Shown here: positions 16,808-25,821 of the stretch, piece after piece
How positions within the stretch are numbered: the stretch's first letter is position 1
How the letters are laid out: the number at the start of each line of letters is the position of its first letter
IMG/VR virus record: IMGVR_UViG_3300016649_000134
Location: 1 to 33,894 of that record
Origin: a virus
Taxonomy: Duplodnaviria; Caudoviricetes
DNA length: 33,894 nucleotides
Direction: 5' to 3' (one strand)
Translations under genes and position numbers: made by a program
Notes under the pieces: model-generated
What the model was told of the DNA's origin: nothing
The model's input: only the letters and a program-made list of their open reading frames with translations
The model's database searches: none

Positions 16808-17365
16808 GTTGGTGTCCTTCGTACCGGGAACGTAAGTGGATAGCCCGCCTCCGACCGTCCCCATGTCGAAGCGCAGCGAACGTGCGAACCGGACCAGTTC
16901 ACCCTTGCGGGTGAAGTGCGTGTCGGGAAGGGGACGGCGCGGGGTTTCACGCCCGAGCAACGCCACTTCCGACAGGTGATTCTGCTCCGACCAAATCTCC
17001 GCGCTACGGCGCGGGAAAGCATTGGTCGCCAGCAACTTGTCGAATACGGGCTTCTCCACCTCGCAGTCGCCCACGATGAAGCCCACCCCGTCGCGCTCCT
17101 CGTACCCGATGTTCGTGAAGCGGCCCACGCTGGACTTGGGTTCGTTCCCGTCCTTTTCGTGCATGACCACCAGCCGGGGAAGCGAACCGCGCTCCATGTA
17201 CCGCCGGGTGCTTTCCACGATGTCCTGCACGCGCTCGTTGTCGAACTTGGTCAGTTCGGGGTCCGAATCGCCGTCCAGCGCAGGATCGTAGGCGCAAAAC
17301 ACTTCTAGCCCGTGAATGGTCACGGTCTTGCCGTTGTCCGTTACGCGGTGCGAAGGGGTGTTCAT
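16187..17365 (-). CDS. Prohead protease with C-terminal scaffold (Mu gpI/Z-like)
   Basis: N-domain with VVMH, RRSAEI, LSEVALLGRETP; acidic and coiled-coil C-terminal half. Confidence 0.8.
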   Translation of the reverse strand: MNTPSHRVTDNGKTVTIHGLEVFCAYDPALDGDSDPELTKFDNERVQDIVESTRRYMERGSLPRLVVMHEKDGNEPKSSVGRFTNIGYEERDGVGFIVGDCEVEKPVFDKLLATNAFPRRSAEIWSEQNHLSEVALLGRETPRRPLPDTHFTRKGELVRFARSLRFDMGTVGGGLSTYVPGTKDTNMADDDIRKEVAALKCDMDEIKSMMKKHFGSDEEEKEEMAAEDMLTEQFAEESGEGDGVHIDIDSHGDEEEEEEEMGMYARPGSADTFALRRENAKMKRELDSLKAEIRREKFGRELDIMESEGYRIPAAQRPRLIAELQASNDPAGTLEGWRELFTRDPMNVRIDMSRAALPSSTDINKNEISSMVREFAGRPEEFAKAINSRIKR

Positions 17366-17371
17366 TAGCGC

Positions 17372-17400
17372 AGTATCTCGAAGGAGTTATCGCAAGTCAA
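17372..17400 (-). promoter_or_regulatory. Putative promoter giving a leaderless protease mRNA
   Basis: TTGACT-N17-GATACT, then 6 nt to ATG; no SD. Confidence 0.6.
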
Positions 17401-17404
17401 TGGG

Positions 17405-17710
17405 TTAGGCAAATACGCGATAGGGAATGCTTGGTTCCGGAGTGAACGTCGGGAGCGCATCGACCTGCTCTTCGGTCATCTCAAACGCCACCCGCAGATT
17501 GGCGTGGTAGCGCGGGTCGCCCGCCTTGATCTGCTGCCCCTCGCTGTCGAAGGTCGGCGGGATAGGCCCGATGCGGTCCAAAGCACAGTTGGGTACCACT
17601 ACAAGGACCATCTCGCCCTCGCCAGCATCCTGCTCAACAAGGATTCCTGCGGCTTCGAGCGCATCGTCCATCTGCGCCTCGGTGTCGGTGCGGAGCATGA
17701 AGTCGATCAT
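17405..17710 (-). CDS. Acidic 101-aa protein, probable fibre chaperone/partner
   Basis: ATGA-coupled to the fibre gene; MIDFMLR...YHANLR...PYRVFA. Confidence 0.7.
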   Translation of the reverse strand: MIDFMLRTDTEAQMDDALEAAGILVEQDAGEGEMVLVVVPNCALDRIGPIPPTFDSEGQQIKAGDPRYHANLRVAFEMTEEQVDALPTFTPEPSIPYRVFA

Positions 17711-19458
17711 GTGGTGAGAGCGTTGAGTTCGGATGCGGTTTTTGCGGTCGGCCAGTACTTGACGAGCGCGATAGTGCCACTCGGATAATTCAGTCCGTAG
17801 GTGCTTGATGGCTGCCGCCCGATGACGAATCGCGTGGCGGCGTATAGATCGCCCGTACCAGTCTTGTTTGCTGAACTTGCGCTGCCGTTCAAATTGACAC
17901 GCACAATCGGATCGGTCACGGTGTTTATGGCCGACGCATATTTGATGAGCGATCCAAGCGTGTATGGTCGTGAAACTTCATTTGCACCGCCAGCCGAAAG
18001 CGATGCACCGCGGGCCGCAGTAAAGTAGTTCAGCGCATTTCCAAACGTTTCATACGTCGGCTGGTCGCCAGCCGTCATAAATCCAATGAGCGTGATATAC
18101 GAAGTCGGCTGCTTGTTGATGATTCCGGACCAGTAGATGCTTCCGAATTGGGTGCTGTAGTTCAACGCGGAGATATCGCTCATCACGCACGAATCCGCCG
18201 CCCTTGTCGCCGTGCTCGCGCCCGTGGGGATGTAAGAACTGGCACCGGAGCCTTGTTCTAGCATCGCCCCCCAAACAAGGATGTTCGATGTTCCACTACT
18301 TTGCGAAAGCGGGTAGACGTATACGCTTGTGCATCCGGCTGGAGTCGTGAACGTGAACTGAATCCGCGTCCACGTTGCTCCGTTTATTTGACTGAAATAC
18401 GACGTTTCAGAAACAATGTCTGCGCTTCCAGACACGTTGTAGGCACGGTAAAGCGCAACACTTCCGCCATTGTTCTTTGCCCAAAACGAGAACGTATACG
18501 CCGTGTTTGCCGTTACGGTGATTGCTGCGCTACGGAAAGAACCAGACCCAGTATGTGACAATCCACACGTTGTCGTAGTTGTATTGCCGTCAGGAGTTAG
18601 TGCCGAAACATTTGTTCGCGTTACAGAATTAGCGGTCCACGAACCTCCGGTTGGAAGTGTGTCCGAATTGGTCACGCTGTTCACCGCCTGCCCTTCAATG
18701 AGCAACCCCCTCGGCGCGAGCGTGGTCGGGTCGTAGTCGAAGCGGGGGGCGTAGTACGCGCCGCTTGTAGTTGTCGCAATGTAGGGTCGCGCAACTGTTC
18801 CGGGTTCGGCCTGAATATCCTTGATGGTTACAGACAAGTTTGTTGCCTGCGCACTACTCACACCGCATCCGACAACGCACCAAGCGGCTGCTCCATTTGT
18901 TGGAATGCAAGTAAGCGTAATTAGATCGCCAGCACCCCATCCCGTGTACCCACTTGATTGGTTTACACCGTTGACCGCGTATTGGTCAGCCGTTGAACCA
19001 TTGATGGAGAATGCCAATACCTCGTTGAGTTGGAATGTCCCCGACTTTGCGGTTACACGAAACTGCACCGTAACTGGAAGTCCATTGCCGTTGCCCCAGT
19101 TTTGATATAGCCGCGATCTGGTTGCGCTGTTGTTGTTTGAAATGGTGAGTTCAACACCATTCAAAGACAAGTTTCCGGTCCCGCCAATAGATGCAAAAGT
19201 CCAACCAGTCGGCGCAGTAGTTCCACCCGCCCCAGCAAATACAGAGTTAGAGAACTTGTTTGCGGCGGCATACTGCACCAGCCCGCTGCTGTTGATGAAG
19301 GTGGCATCGCCCAACCGCGAGAACGACAGGCGCGGATCAAGCGACCCCGTGGTGAAGTCCAGCGTGAGCGTGGAGCCGTCGCCGTCGTTGTTCAATAGCA
19401 ACGCCGAACGGGATGAACCCGTGAGGCCGGGACGATTGAAGCGGGACGAACGGCGCAT
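17707..19458 (-). CDS. Head spike/fibre-like protein with carbohydrate-binding-like beta-sandwich modules
   Basis: LDF...SFSR...PRFDYDPTTLAPRGLLIEG and WGAMLEQGSGASSYIPTG...RAAD motifs; YTFSFWAK/WTRIQFTFTTP CBM-like module; located in the head operon. Confidence 0.7.
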   Translation of the reverse strand: MRRSSRFNRPGLTGSSRSALLLNNDGDGSTLTLDFTTGSLDPRLSFSRLGDATFINSSGLVQYAAANKFSNSVFAGAGGTTAPTGWTFASIGGTGNLSLNGVELTISNNNSATRSRLYQNWGNGNGLPVTVQFRVTAKSGTFQLNEVLAFSINGSTADQYAVNGVNQSSGYTGWGAGDLITLTCIPTNGAAAWCVVGCGVSSAQATNLSVTIKDIQAEPGTVARPYIATTTSGAYYAPRFDYDPTTLAPRGLLIEGQAVNSVTNSDTLPTGGSWTANSVTRTNVSALTPDGNTTTTTCGLSHTGSGSFRSAAITVTANTAYTFSFWAKNNGGSVALYRAYNVSGSADIVSETSYFSQINGATWTRIQFTFTTPAGCTSVYVYPLSQSSGTSNILVWGAMLEQGSGASSYIPTGASTATRAADSCVMSDISALNYSTQFGSIYWSGIINKQPTSYITLIGFMTAGDQPTYETFGNALNYFTAARGASLSAGGANEVSRPYTLGSLIKYASAINTVTDPIVRVNLNGSASSANKTGTGDLYAATRFVIGRQPSSTYGLNYPSGTIALVKYWPTAKTASELNALTT

Positions 19459-20021
19459 TAGATGACGCGAGCGAACACGCCCATGCAGGCAAGGTTGGTC
19501 GCTGCCTTGAACTGCACGTTGACAATCTGAAAGCCCGTCATGTCCAACAGCACATGCGCGGCTTCCCGGTTCGCTGCTGCTGCGGTGCCGGGAGAGTAGA
19601 TATTTGCCGCCGGGGTGCCCGCAACCTGCGTGACCGCTGCCATGACGAATGAGGACAGCGAATTGAACGTCCAGTCCGGCGCACCCGAACCGCTCGTCGT
19701 GTAGGACAGGTTGAAGTCTGCAATGAGCGTCGGGAGAAGTTCCGGCTCTACTGCCGCCGGGTCTTGGATGTAGTTGTAGCCCATCACGCGCATTCCCATG
19801 CCCGTGCTATTGCTGGCTTGGCAGAAGGGGATCAAGTGCAGGAGGCTTGCGCCTCCGCTAAACCATCCTCCATCATTCGACCGGACGCTGTTGTACACAA
19901 TTTCTTCGGGGAGCCCAGAAAGAATCGGAACAATCGTTGACGGATACGAAGTCGTGACCGCAAGCGAGGTTCGCACGTGCTTGCTGTTCGTCTGCGGGGT
20001 AATGATGATTGACTGCGGCAT
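19458..20021 (-). CDS. Hypothetical virion protein (~187 aa)
   Basis: AAAGGA SD before ATG 20021 (MPQSIII); TAATG overlap with the fibre gene. Confidence 0.7.
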   Translation of the reverse strand: MPQSIIITPQTNSKHVRTSLAVTTSYPSTIVPILSGLPEEIVYNSVRSNDGGWFSGGASLLHLIPFCQASNSTGMGMRVMGYNYIQDPAAVEPELLPTLIADFNLSYTTSGSGAPDWTFNSLSSFVMAAVTQVAGTPAANIYSPGTAAAANREAAHVLLDMTGFQIVNVQFKAATNLACMGVFARVI

Positions 20022-20087
20022 GGTGTCCTTTCGTTTCCGGAACGCCATCCATCGTAGCGTCCTGCAATGCGTACACAATCCCTTGTG

Positions 20088-21212
20088 TCAACCCGATACG
20101 AAACCCGCATCGGGGAACTTGCCTGTGTCGATCAATGCCTGCCGTCGCCCGTTGTGCCGCTTGATGGCCTCGTAGTCGGGTTGGCCGTCATCGTCCACCC
20201 AGCCCTTCGCCATCGCCACGGCAACCGGGATCGGCTTCCATCCGCAGCGGCAGTTGAAGCCTGCTGGCGTGTTGATCCCCTGCGCGTCAATTTGCGCAAC
20301 GGTTGCCACGTAGCCGTCCATCGCCCGGTGCGTGTCGCGGGTCCGGTTGTCTTTCGTCGCGCTGAACTGCATGACCGGGACGAACGCCTGCACCTTCTCG
20401 TCGCGCACGATGTCCAACTGCCCCTGCGAGGATGCCCGGTTCAGGTTGGTCCGGTAGACCGTTTCCAGCCGCGCCGCCGTCAGGTCGGTCCCCGTGGTCA
20501 GCGTTGCCTGCTCCACGAAGTCGCCTATCCCTAGCCGTTCAAGCCGCTTCCCGGCCACCGACCGGGTGACATCGCCACGTATCACCTTTGCCAGCAGGGA
20601 CTTGACTTCCGTAGCCTGCTTCGCCGTCATGCCTGTAACGAAGAACGCGCCACGGGCAATCGCCTGCACTCCGGGGGTCCGGCGCACCTGCACGCCTTCG
20701 GGCAGGGTCGCGGCCTGCTGCCCCGGCACGGGCGGGGGCTTGGTCCCAAGCATCGCCGGAAGCACCAACCGCGCCAAGTCCGGGCTGCGGTCCAGCATCT
20801 TGGTCAGGGCCGTGTTCGCCTCGTCCTTGCGCAACTCCCCGGCGGCTTGAAAGGCGTTGTCGATCAGCGCATCCCACTTCGCACGGGTAATCGGGAGCAG
20901 GTCGGCAAATCTGCGGATGACTTCCCGCGCTGGGCCTGCCTTGAAGCGCACCCCGATATCCGGCACCTCACGGTCGAATCGGGCGGGGGCGGTCGGCTTG
21001 GGGATGCTCACCCCGGCGGCGTGCAGACTGTGGTGCGCTCCCAACGCCCACGACGCGAGCAGCAGGGCGGCGGTATCGGCCTCCCATGCGTCCCATTCGG
21101 CGGTCGGGTCGCGGTCCTCCACCTGTGCTGCGATGGCACGGCGGTACGCCTGCGCCCCGTCCGCATAGACGGCGCGGAGCAGGTCCGCGATAGGCGCGGC
21201 GCGCTTCGCCAC
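20088..21212 (-). CDS. Head morphogenesis protein (Mu gpF/SPP1 gp7 family)
   Basis: RLETVYRTNL, DNRTRDTH..MDG and PAGFNCRC motifs. Confidence 0.9.
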   Translation of the reverse strand: MAKRAAPIADLLRAVYADGAQAYRRAIAAQVEDRDPTAEWDAWEADTAALLLASWALGAHHSLHAAGVSIPKPTAPARFDREVPDIGVRFKAGPAREVIRRFADLLPITRAKWDALIDNAFQAAGELRKDEANTALTKMLDRSPDLARLVLPAMLGTKPPPVPGQQAATLPEGVQVRRTPGVQAIARGAFFVTGMTAKQATEVKSLLAKVIRGDVTRSVAGKRLERLGIGDFVEQATLTTGTDLTAARLETVYRTNLNRASSQGQLDIVRDEKVQAFVPVMQFSATKDNRTRDTHRAMDGYVATVAQIDAQGINTPAGFNCRCGWKPIPVAVAMAKGWVDDDGQPDYEAIKRHNGRRQALIDTGKFPDAGFVSG

Positions 21213-21215
21213 GGG

Positions 21216-22685
21216 TTACACCCACCGCTTCATCGTGAACGTTACAGGGGCATCCGGGGCGGGTTCCGTGCCTTCCGGCGCGGCGGTCCCGTTCTTGCCG
21301 AGGATGGCATCGAGCGGGTTGCTGCCCCCCTGCGAGGAGCCGAGGATGGGTTCGTCCTCCTGTGGCTGCGACAGCCCCAGCAGGTCGCGCACCTCGCGTT
21401 CGGACACGCGGCCACCCATCGTCACGAACTTCTCAATGGCTTCCAGCCGCTCCTTCGGGTCGGGCCGCTCCGGGGCAAACTGGAAGCGCAGGGCGGTGGA
21501 TTCCTCCTCCGTCGCCCCCAGCATCCGCGCCACCACCCGCACAAAGTCGTTCGTGAGGCTGTCGGCCAGCGCGTCCGCGTGGTAGCGGATGATGCGGGAC
21601 AGGGTATCGGCGTGCAGACTTGCCACCCCTGAACCCAGCCCGGTGCTGCCTGCCTCGCTGGAAAGCGACTGCCCGAGGATCGCTTCCTTGATCTTGCTGC
21701 TAAACCAGTTCACTAGGTCAAGGAACACCGTGGCGCGGCCCGCGTTCGGTTCCTTGATGTCGATGTCGTACACCTTCTCCGTGCCCGACTGCGGGAGCAG
21801 CACAGAGTTGTCGTTGGTCAGGTTGGCAAGGACGTTCTCCATCATGGCGCGGCCAGCGTCCTGCCCAAGCGGGTAGTAGCCCACCCGAATGCCCATCGCG
21901 TACCGCTCCGCGTAGGTAATCGCGTCCTGAAGAATCTCCTGCTTCGCCAGCCACATAAACCAACAGACATCACGCGCACCTACGCCCCGGTAGATGCTTT
22001 CGGTGCTGTTGGGGTCGTTGAAGTCAGGCGCGGCCACAAACACCCGGTGGAGGATGACCGACTTCCGCTCCTCCTCCGTGAAGATATGCACCCGGCTGTC
22101 GAAGCCGATGTTCTGCTCGTTCGGGCCGTGTGCGCCATAATCGGCACCTACGCGCATGGCAAGGTTGCCGCGCTGGTCGTAGGCAAGGGTGTCGGGGTGG
22201 AACGGATACCACTCCTTGATGCACACGCCAAAGTTCGCGTGCCGCCCGTACACCACGTTCGCCGCGCTGTTGCCGTACCACACGGCTTCGTGCATGGCCC
22301 GCACGAAATCGGAACGGCGGGGGATCGCGCCGTAAATCTTCCCGATGCGTTCGGCCAGCGCGACTAGACGGGGGTTCTCGTCATCGTCGGCCATGACTGC
22401 CCATTCAAGGGAAGCCAGCGTGACTTGCAGGGACCGCAGGACACCTTCGATGTCCGCATCCGCCCGCATCATCATCTGATACTGCGGGTTCAGGCGATAC
22501 GCCAAACTGCTGTTCCGCAGCAACTTGTCGGCGGTCGTGAAGAACGAACGCTGCACCTCCACCGGGGTGGCGAGGGGCAGGGTGATGCCGCGCTCCACGG
22601 GAGCGGGCAGCGGCTTGCGCGGACGCTGTTCCGGCGTGAGTCCGTTCTGCAACGGGTTCGGATCGGTGCCGCGCTTCTTGCTCAC
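21216..22685 (-). CDS. Portal protein (DUF935/Mu gp29-like)
   Basis: YAERYAMGIRVGYY and IKEAILGQSLSSE..GLG motifs; upstream of gpF. Confidence 0.85.
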   Translation of the reverse strand: MSKKRGTDPNPLQNGLTPEQRPRKPLPAPVERGITLPLATPVEVQRSFFTTADKLLRNSSLAYRLNPQYQMMMRADADIEGVLRSLQVTLASLEWAVMADDDENPRLVALAERIGKIYGAIPRRSDFVRAMHEAVWYGNSAANVVYGRHANFGVCIKEWYPFHPDTLAYDQRGNLAMRVGADYGAHGPNEQNIGFDSRVHIFTEEERKSVILHRVFVAAPDFNDPNSTESIYRGVGARDVCWFMWLAKQEILQDAITYAERYAMGIRVGYYPLGQDAGRAMMENVLANLTNDNSVLLPQSGTEKVYDIDIKEPNAGRATVFLDLVNWFSSKIKEAILGQSLSSEAGSTGLGSGVASLHADTLSRIIRYHADALADSLTNDFVRVVARMLGATEEESTALRFQFAPERPDPKERLEAIEKFVTMGGRVSEREVRDLLGLSQPQEDEPILGSSQGGSNPLDAILGKNGTAAPEGTEPAPDAPVTFTMKRWV

Positions 22686-24316
22686 AGTTCTCCCCTGCGC
22701 TTGAGGTCAAGTGCGATTGCAACGGCCTGCTTCTGCGGCTTGCCCTCTGCGATGAGCGTGCGAATCTTGCCGCTCACCTTCTCGTCGGCAGCGGACATGA
22801 CCTTGAGGCAGGCTTCGTCCTCCGCGCTGATCTTGGAGCCTTCGCGGACGGCGTTGGTGACCTTCGCGCCGGGGCGGGAGTGCAGCAACGACAAAAGATT
22901 TGATGCGGCTTTGCGGTTTTGCGCTTCCATTGCCTGAATTACCGCTTCACGATTCAGCGTGTTGACCCTGCCAAGCGAATAACTACCGCTCGTCGGGAAA
23001 ATCTCATACCCATCCGGGTGTGCCGTCCGAACGATTACTTGCTTTCCACGAACCGTAAATGGCTTATTCAACGGAACATCATTTGCCGCCATCTCCGCCT
23101 TCGCGCCGGGGCGGGAGGCTTCCATCTTGCCTCGCGCAACTTCCTGCCCTTGCGCTCCCCACAGCACCCAACGCTGATCGTCAAGAAACTTGACGAGCGT
23201 ATAGGTCACGGGGTGCGCGGTCTTACTTGTTCCGTGCAGGTCGTACACCAAGTTTCCCTTCGCGTCCTTGCGCGTACCGACGATGCGATACCGGACACCC
23301 TTGATGGTCAGAAAGGACTCCGTGCCATCTGCAAACCTCGCCTTCGCGCCGGGGCGGGAGGACACGGACTTCGCCACCTTGAGATTTCCGACAGCGGCAA
23401 TTACATCCGCGTCCGTGTGTTCCGTTGGATTGTCGCTGATGTATTTCGCTTCGTCATACCACCGCGTCCCCTTCATGCTGGCGTATTCGCGCAGCATCTT
23501 CTTCAGGAACGCACTTGCGGCGTTCGTGATGCCAAACTTCGCCTTCGCGCCGGGGCGGGACATCCACCGGAACGGCTTGCTCATGTCAAGGATCTGCACG
23601 CGAAAGCCATGCCATCCTGCGGCAGCGGCCTTGCGCTTGGCTTCGTCCATTTGCTTCGGTGTCTGAATGCCCTCCGCAATCGGTCTTTCCTCAAGGCGAT
23701 CCGTTTCGCCCTTCGGCAATGCCCACAGGATGTATTCCTTTTGATACTTCGCCTTCGCGCCGGGGCGGGAGAAGGATCGCTTTAGATCCTTATATTCCGC
23801 CAGCATATAGGGCGGGGTGTTGCTGTCGATCTCTTTTGCGGCATCTGCCATGAGCCGCTTCGCGGCTTCCTTGTCGTTGTTCTTCAAGGCTCGGTAGACA
23901 GCCGCCATGAGGCTGTCCAGCCGATCGACATTGCCAAACTTCGCCTTCGCGCCGGGGTGCGCCGCCATGCCCAGCCGTTCCATGATTTCCTTGCGCGTGT
24001 CGCTCATTGCGTTTTCGTCCTTGTCAAGTTGTGCGCTCTTGCGCTTTGCCCATGATCGTCCTGCGGCCCCGCCCCACAACAGGAACGAGATATACCCCGC
24101 ATCGTCCTCACCCCCGGCTTCATTCCCAGCGTGACGCGAAAAGAACGAGTGCATCCGCCGAACGGTGTCGGGGGACAGGTTCTTCCGGTGCTTGATGTCG
24201 CGTGCGCGGGCAACGCCCACGGCGGTTCCGCCGCGTCCGTGCTTCTCGCGCAGTTCCAACCCACGGGCGGCATTCGATGCCATCTCCTCCGTGGGGGTCA
24301 GGTCGATGTCGGCCAT
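22682..24316 (-). CDS. Modular polyprotein-like head-associated protein with six RPGAK linkers
   Basis: Phage-type N-domain (RMHSFFSRH...LLWGG..G..WA) and C-tail (EGKPQKQAVAIAL) flank five unrelated modules separated by SRPGAKAx(F/Y/M). Confidence 0.85.
   Translation of the reverse strand: MADIDLTPTEEMASNAARGLELREKHGRGGTAVGVARARDIKHRKNLSPDTVRRMHSFFSRHAGNEAGGEDDAGYISFLLWGGAAGRSWAKRKSAQLDKDENAMSDTRKEIMERLGMAAHPGAKAKFGNVDRLDSLMAAVYRALKNNDKEAAKRLMADAAKEIDSNTPPYMLAEYKDLKRSFSRPGAKAKYQKEYILWALPKGETDRLEERPIAEGIQTPKQMDEAKRKAAAAGWHGFRVQILDMSKPFRWMSRPGAKAKFGITNAASAFLKKMLREYASMKGTRWYDEAKYISDNPTEHTDADVIAAVGNLKVAKSVSSRPGAKARFADGTESFLTIKGVRYRIVGTRKDAKGNLVYDLHGTSKTAHPVTYTLVKFLDDQRWVLWGAQGQEVARGKMEASRPGAKAEMAANDVPLNKPFTVRGKQVIVRTAHPDGYEIFPTSGSYSLGRVNTLNREAVIQAMEAQNRKAASNLLSLLHSRPGAKVTNAVREGSKISAEDEACLKVMSAADEKVSGKIRTLIAEGKPQKQAVAIALDLKRRGEL
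22861..23962. repeat. Six interspersed direct repeats gccttcgcgccggggcggga
   Basis: Copies at 22861-22879 (19 nt), 23097-23116, 23340-23359, 23541-23560, 23751-23770 and 23943-23957 (15-nt exact core); periods 237, 243, 201, 210, 192 bp. Confidence 0.95.
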
Positions 24317-24322
24317 GCGGAG

Positions 24323-24350
24323 ATGGTAGCGGCTTGCTATTGCCGTTCAA
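24323..24350 (-). promoter_or_regulatory. Putative promoter giving a leaderless mRNA for the cassette gene
   Basis: TTGAAC-N16-TACCAT, then 6 nt to ATG 24316; no SD. Confidence 0.55.
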
Positions 24351-24354
24351 TGCG

Positions 24355-25821
24355 CTAGGCAAAGAACGGACGCTTGGGGGCACGCGCACCGAACAGTTGC
24401 CCGATTGCGTCCGGGCGTTCAATGCGCCCCGCGTTGCGTTCAGTCGGCGTAAGCGAACCCCGCACGGCTTCCCCGCACAGGTCTACCACCGTGTCCACGG
24501 TGTCATCGTGTGAGCCTGCCGGGAACGCCATCATTTCGTCCATGACGGGTTGGAAGGCGGGTAGCACCCTGCCGTCGCCCGACTGCGGGAACAGCAATTT
24601 GCCCTGCTCCACGAACGGCTGCGCCCCGGCTGCGCGTAGGTGCTTGTCGCTCGACCGTTCGACCGCCAGCATGGGCTGCGTGGTCATGTCGCGGAAGGAG
24701 TCGAAGATGCCCTTCTGTGGCCCGTTGGCTTCGGCCAGCACTACGGACGCGCCACGGCGGGAGAGCAGGGACGCGGCCTGCTTTGCAAATACCGGGAACG
24801 CCTCTCGCACGCGCAGGATGTCGGTTAGGTACAGGTTGCGGTGGAAGTCCACTTCCCCCACGATGCACACGCTGTAGTCGGGGTCATCCCGTTCCTGCGC
24901 CTTCTTGCCATAGCCCCAGTCAATCGCGGCAATGGTCCGGGTCACGGCAGGAATCTTTGCCGGGTCGTAGTACCGCACCCACTCCGGGCGGAACACCAAC
25001 AGGTCGCTGGACAGGGGGACCAGTTCGTAGGCGCGGGCATAGCCCATCGGCCCCATCGCGCTGCGCCGCTTGGCGAGTAGGTCAGGCGTAAACACTTCCG
25101 GCCACGGGCTTTGCAGTCCCATGCACGGGCGGCGCAGCAGGGTGCCATTGCCTTCGCATTCCTTGCGCCAATCGGCGGTCAGGTCATCGACATGGAAGGG
25201 GGTTGCGCTGCGCCATACCCGGCTTGGATGCGGCCCGGACGGGTCCAGCATCGGGAGCCACACGTTCGATACCGCTTCCTTCACCTGCTCGCGCAGGGCG
25301 GGTTGCAGCACGGAGTTGCGCAGGTCGCACAGGTCATCGAACCAAATTACGTCTGCGCGTCCACCCGTGCGCCCGAACACGCCGGAAGCCTGCACGGAGG
25401 GGTCACGACGCGGCCCTAGCCCCGGTGAAACGATGCTCCACGCCGTCACGGTGTCCTCACCCGGCTTCAGGGTGACGGTCGGGAACACGGCTTGATAGGG
25501 TCGGCTGCGGATGATGTCGCGGATAAACCGACTGGTGGCCGATGCGGTTTCATCGTTCTGTGAAACGATCTTGAACCGGGCATCGGGTCGGACCCCTAAC
25601 CACCATGCGACGAGATAGGCGTAGGTGCTGGTCTTGGCGTGGCCGCGTGGGATTTCTGCGTACCAGTCAAGGTGAACAAGCGCGTGGTGCAGCATCTCGC
25701 GCTGGAGCGCGCTTACGGGCTTGCCGATGCACAGGGCCACGAACGCCGCCGGGTTCTCGCGGGCGGCTTCGACCGCCTGCTGGCGGGTCAGGGCTTGCGC
25801 TTGCGCTTTGGGCTTCGGCAC
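24355..25821 (-). CDS. terL: Terminase large subunit
   Basis: Walker A IPRGHAKT, Walker B VIWFDD, nuclease AAIDWG...DYS...HDDTVD; start uncertain (GTG 25821 preferred over 25998). Confidence 0.92.
   Translation of the reverse strand: MPKPKAQAQALTRQQAVEAARENPAAFVALCIGKPVSALQREMLHHALVHLDWYAEIPRGHAKTSTYAYLVAWWLGVRPDARFKIVSQNDETASATSRFIRDIIRSRPYQAVFPTVTLKPGEDTVTAWSIVSPGLGPRRDPSVQASGVFGRTGGRADVIWFDDLCDLRNSVLQPALREQVKEAVSNVWLPMLDPSGPHPSRVWRSATPFHVDDLTADWRKECEGNGTLLRRPCMGLQSPWPEVFTPDLLAKRRSAMGPMGYARAYELVPLSSDLLVFRPEWVRYYDPAKIPAVTRTIAAIDWGYGKKAQERDDPDYSVCIVGEVDFHRNLYLTDILRVREAFPVFAKQAASLLSRRGASVVLAEANGPQKGIFDSFRDMTTQPMLAVERSSDKHLRAAGAQPFVEQGKLLFPQSGDGRVLPAFQPVMDEMMAFPAGSHDDTVDTVVDLCGEAVRGSLTPTERNAGRIERPDAIGQLFGARAPKRPFFA

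Noticed and set aside
17707-18200. Diversity-generating retroelement target at the fibre C-terminus
   Set aside because: No reverse transcriptase and no template/variable repeat pair seen
22861-23962. CRISPR array interpretation of the regularly interspersed repeats
   Set aside because: Spacers are ~170-220 bp, all in frame within one ORF, and there are no cas genes
22861-23962. Integron or shufflon
   Set aside because: No tyrosine or serine recombinase, no attC-like palindromes, and all repeats are direct
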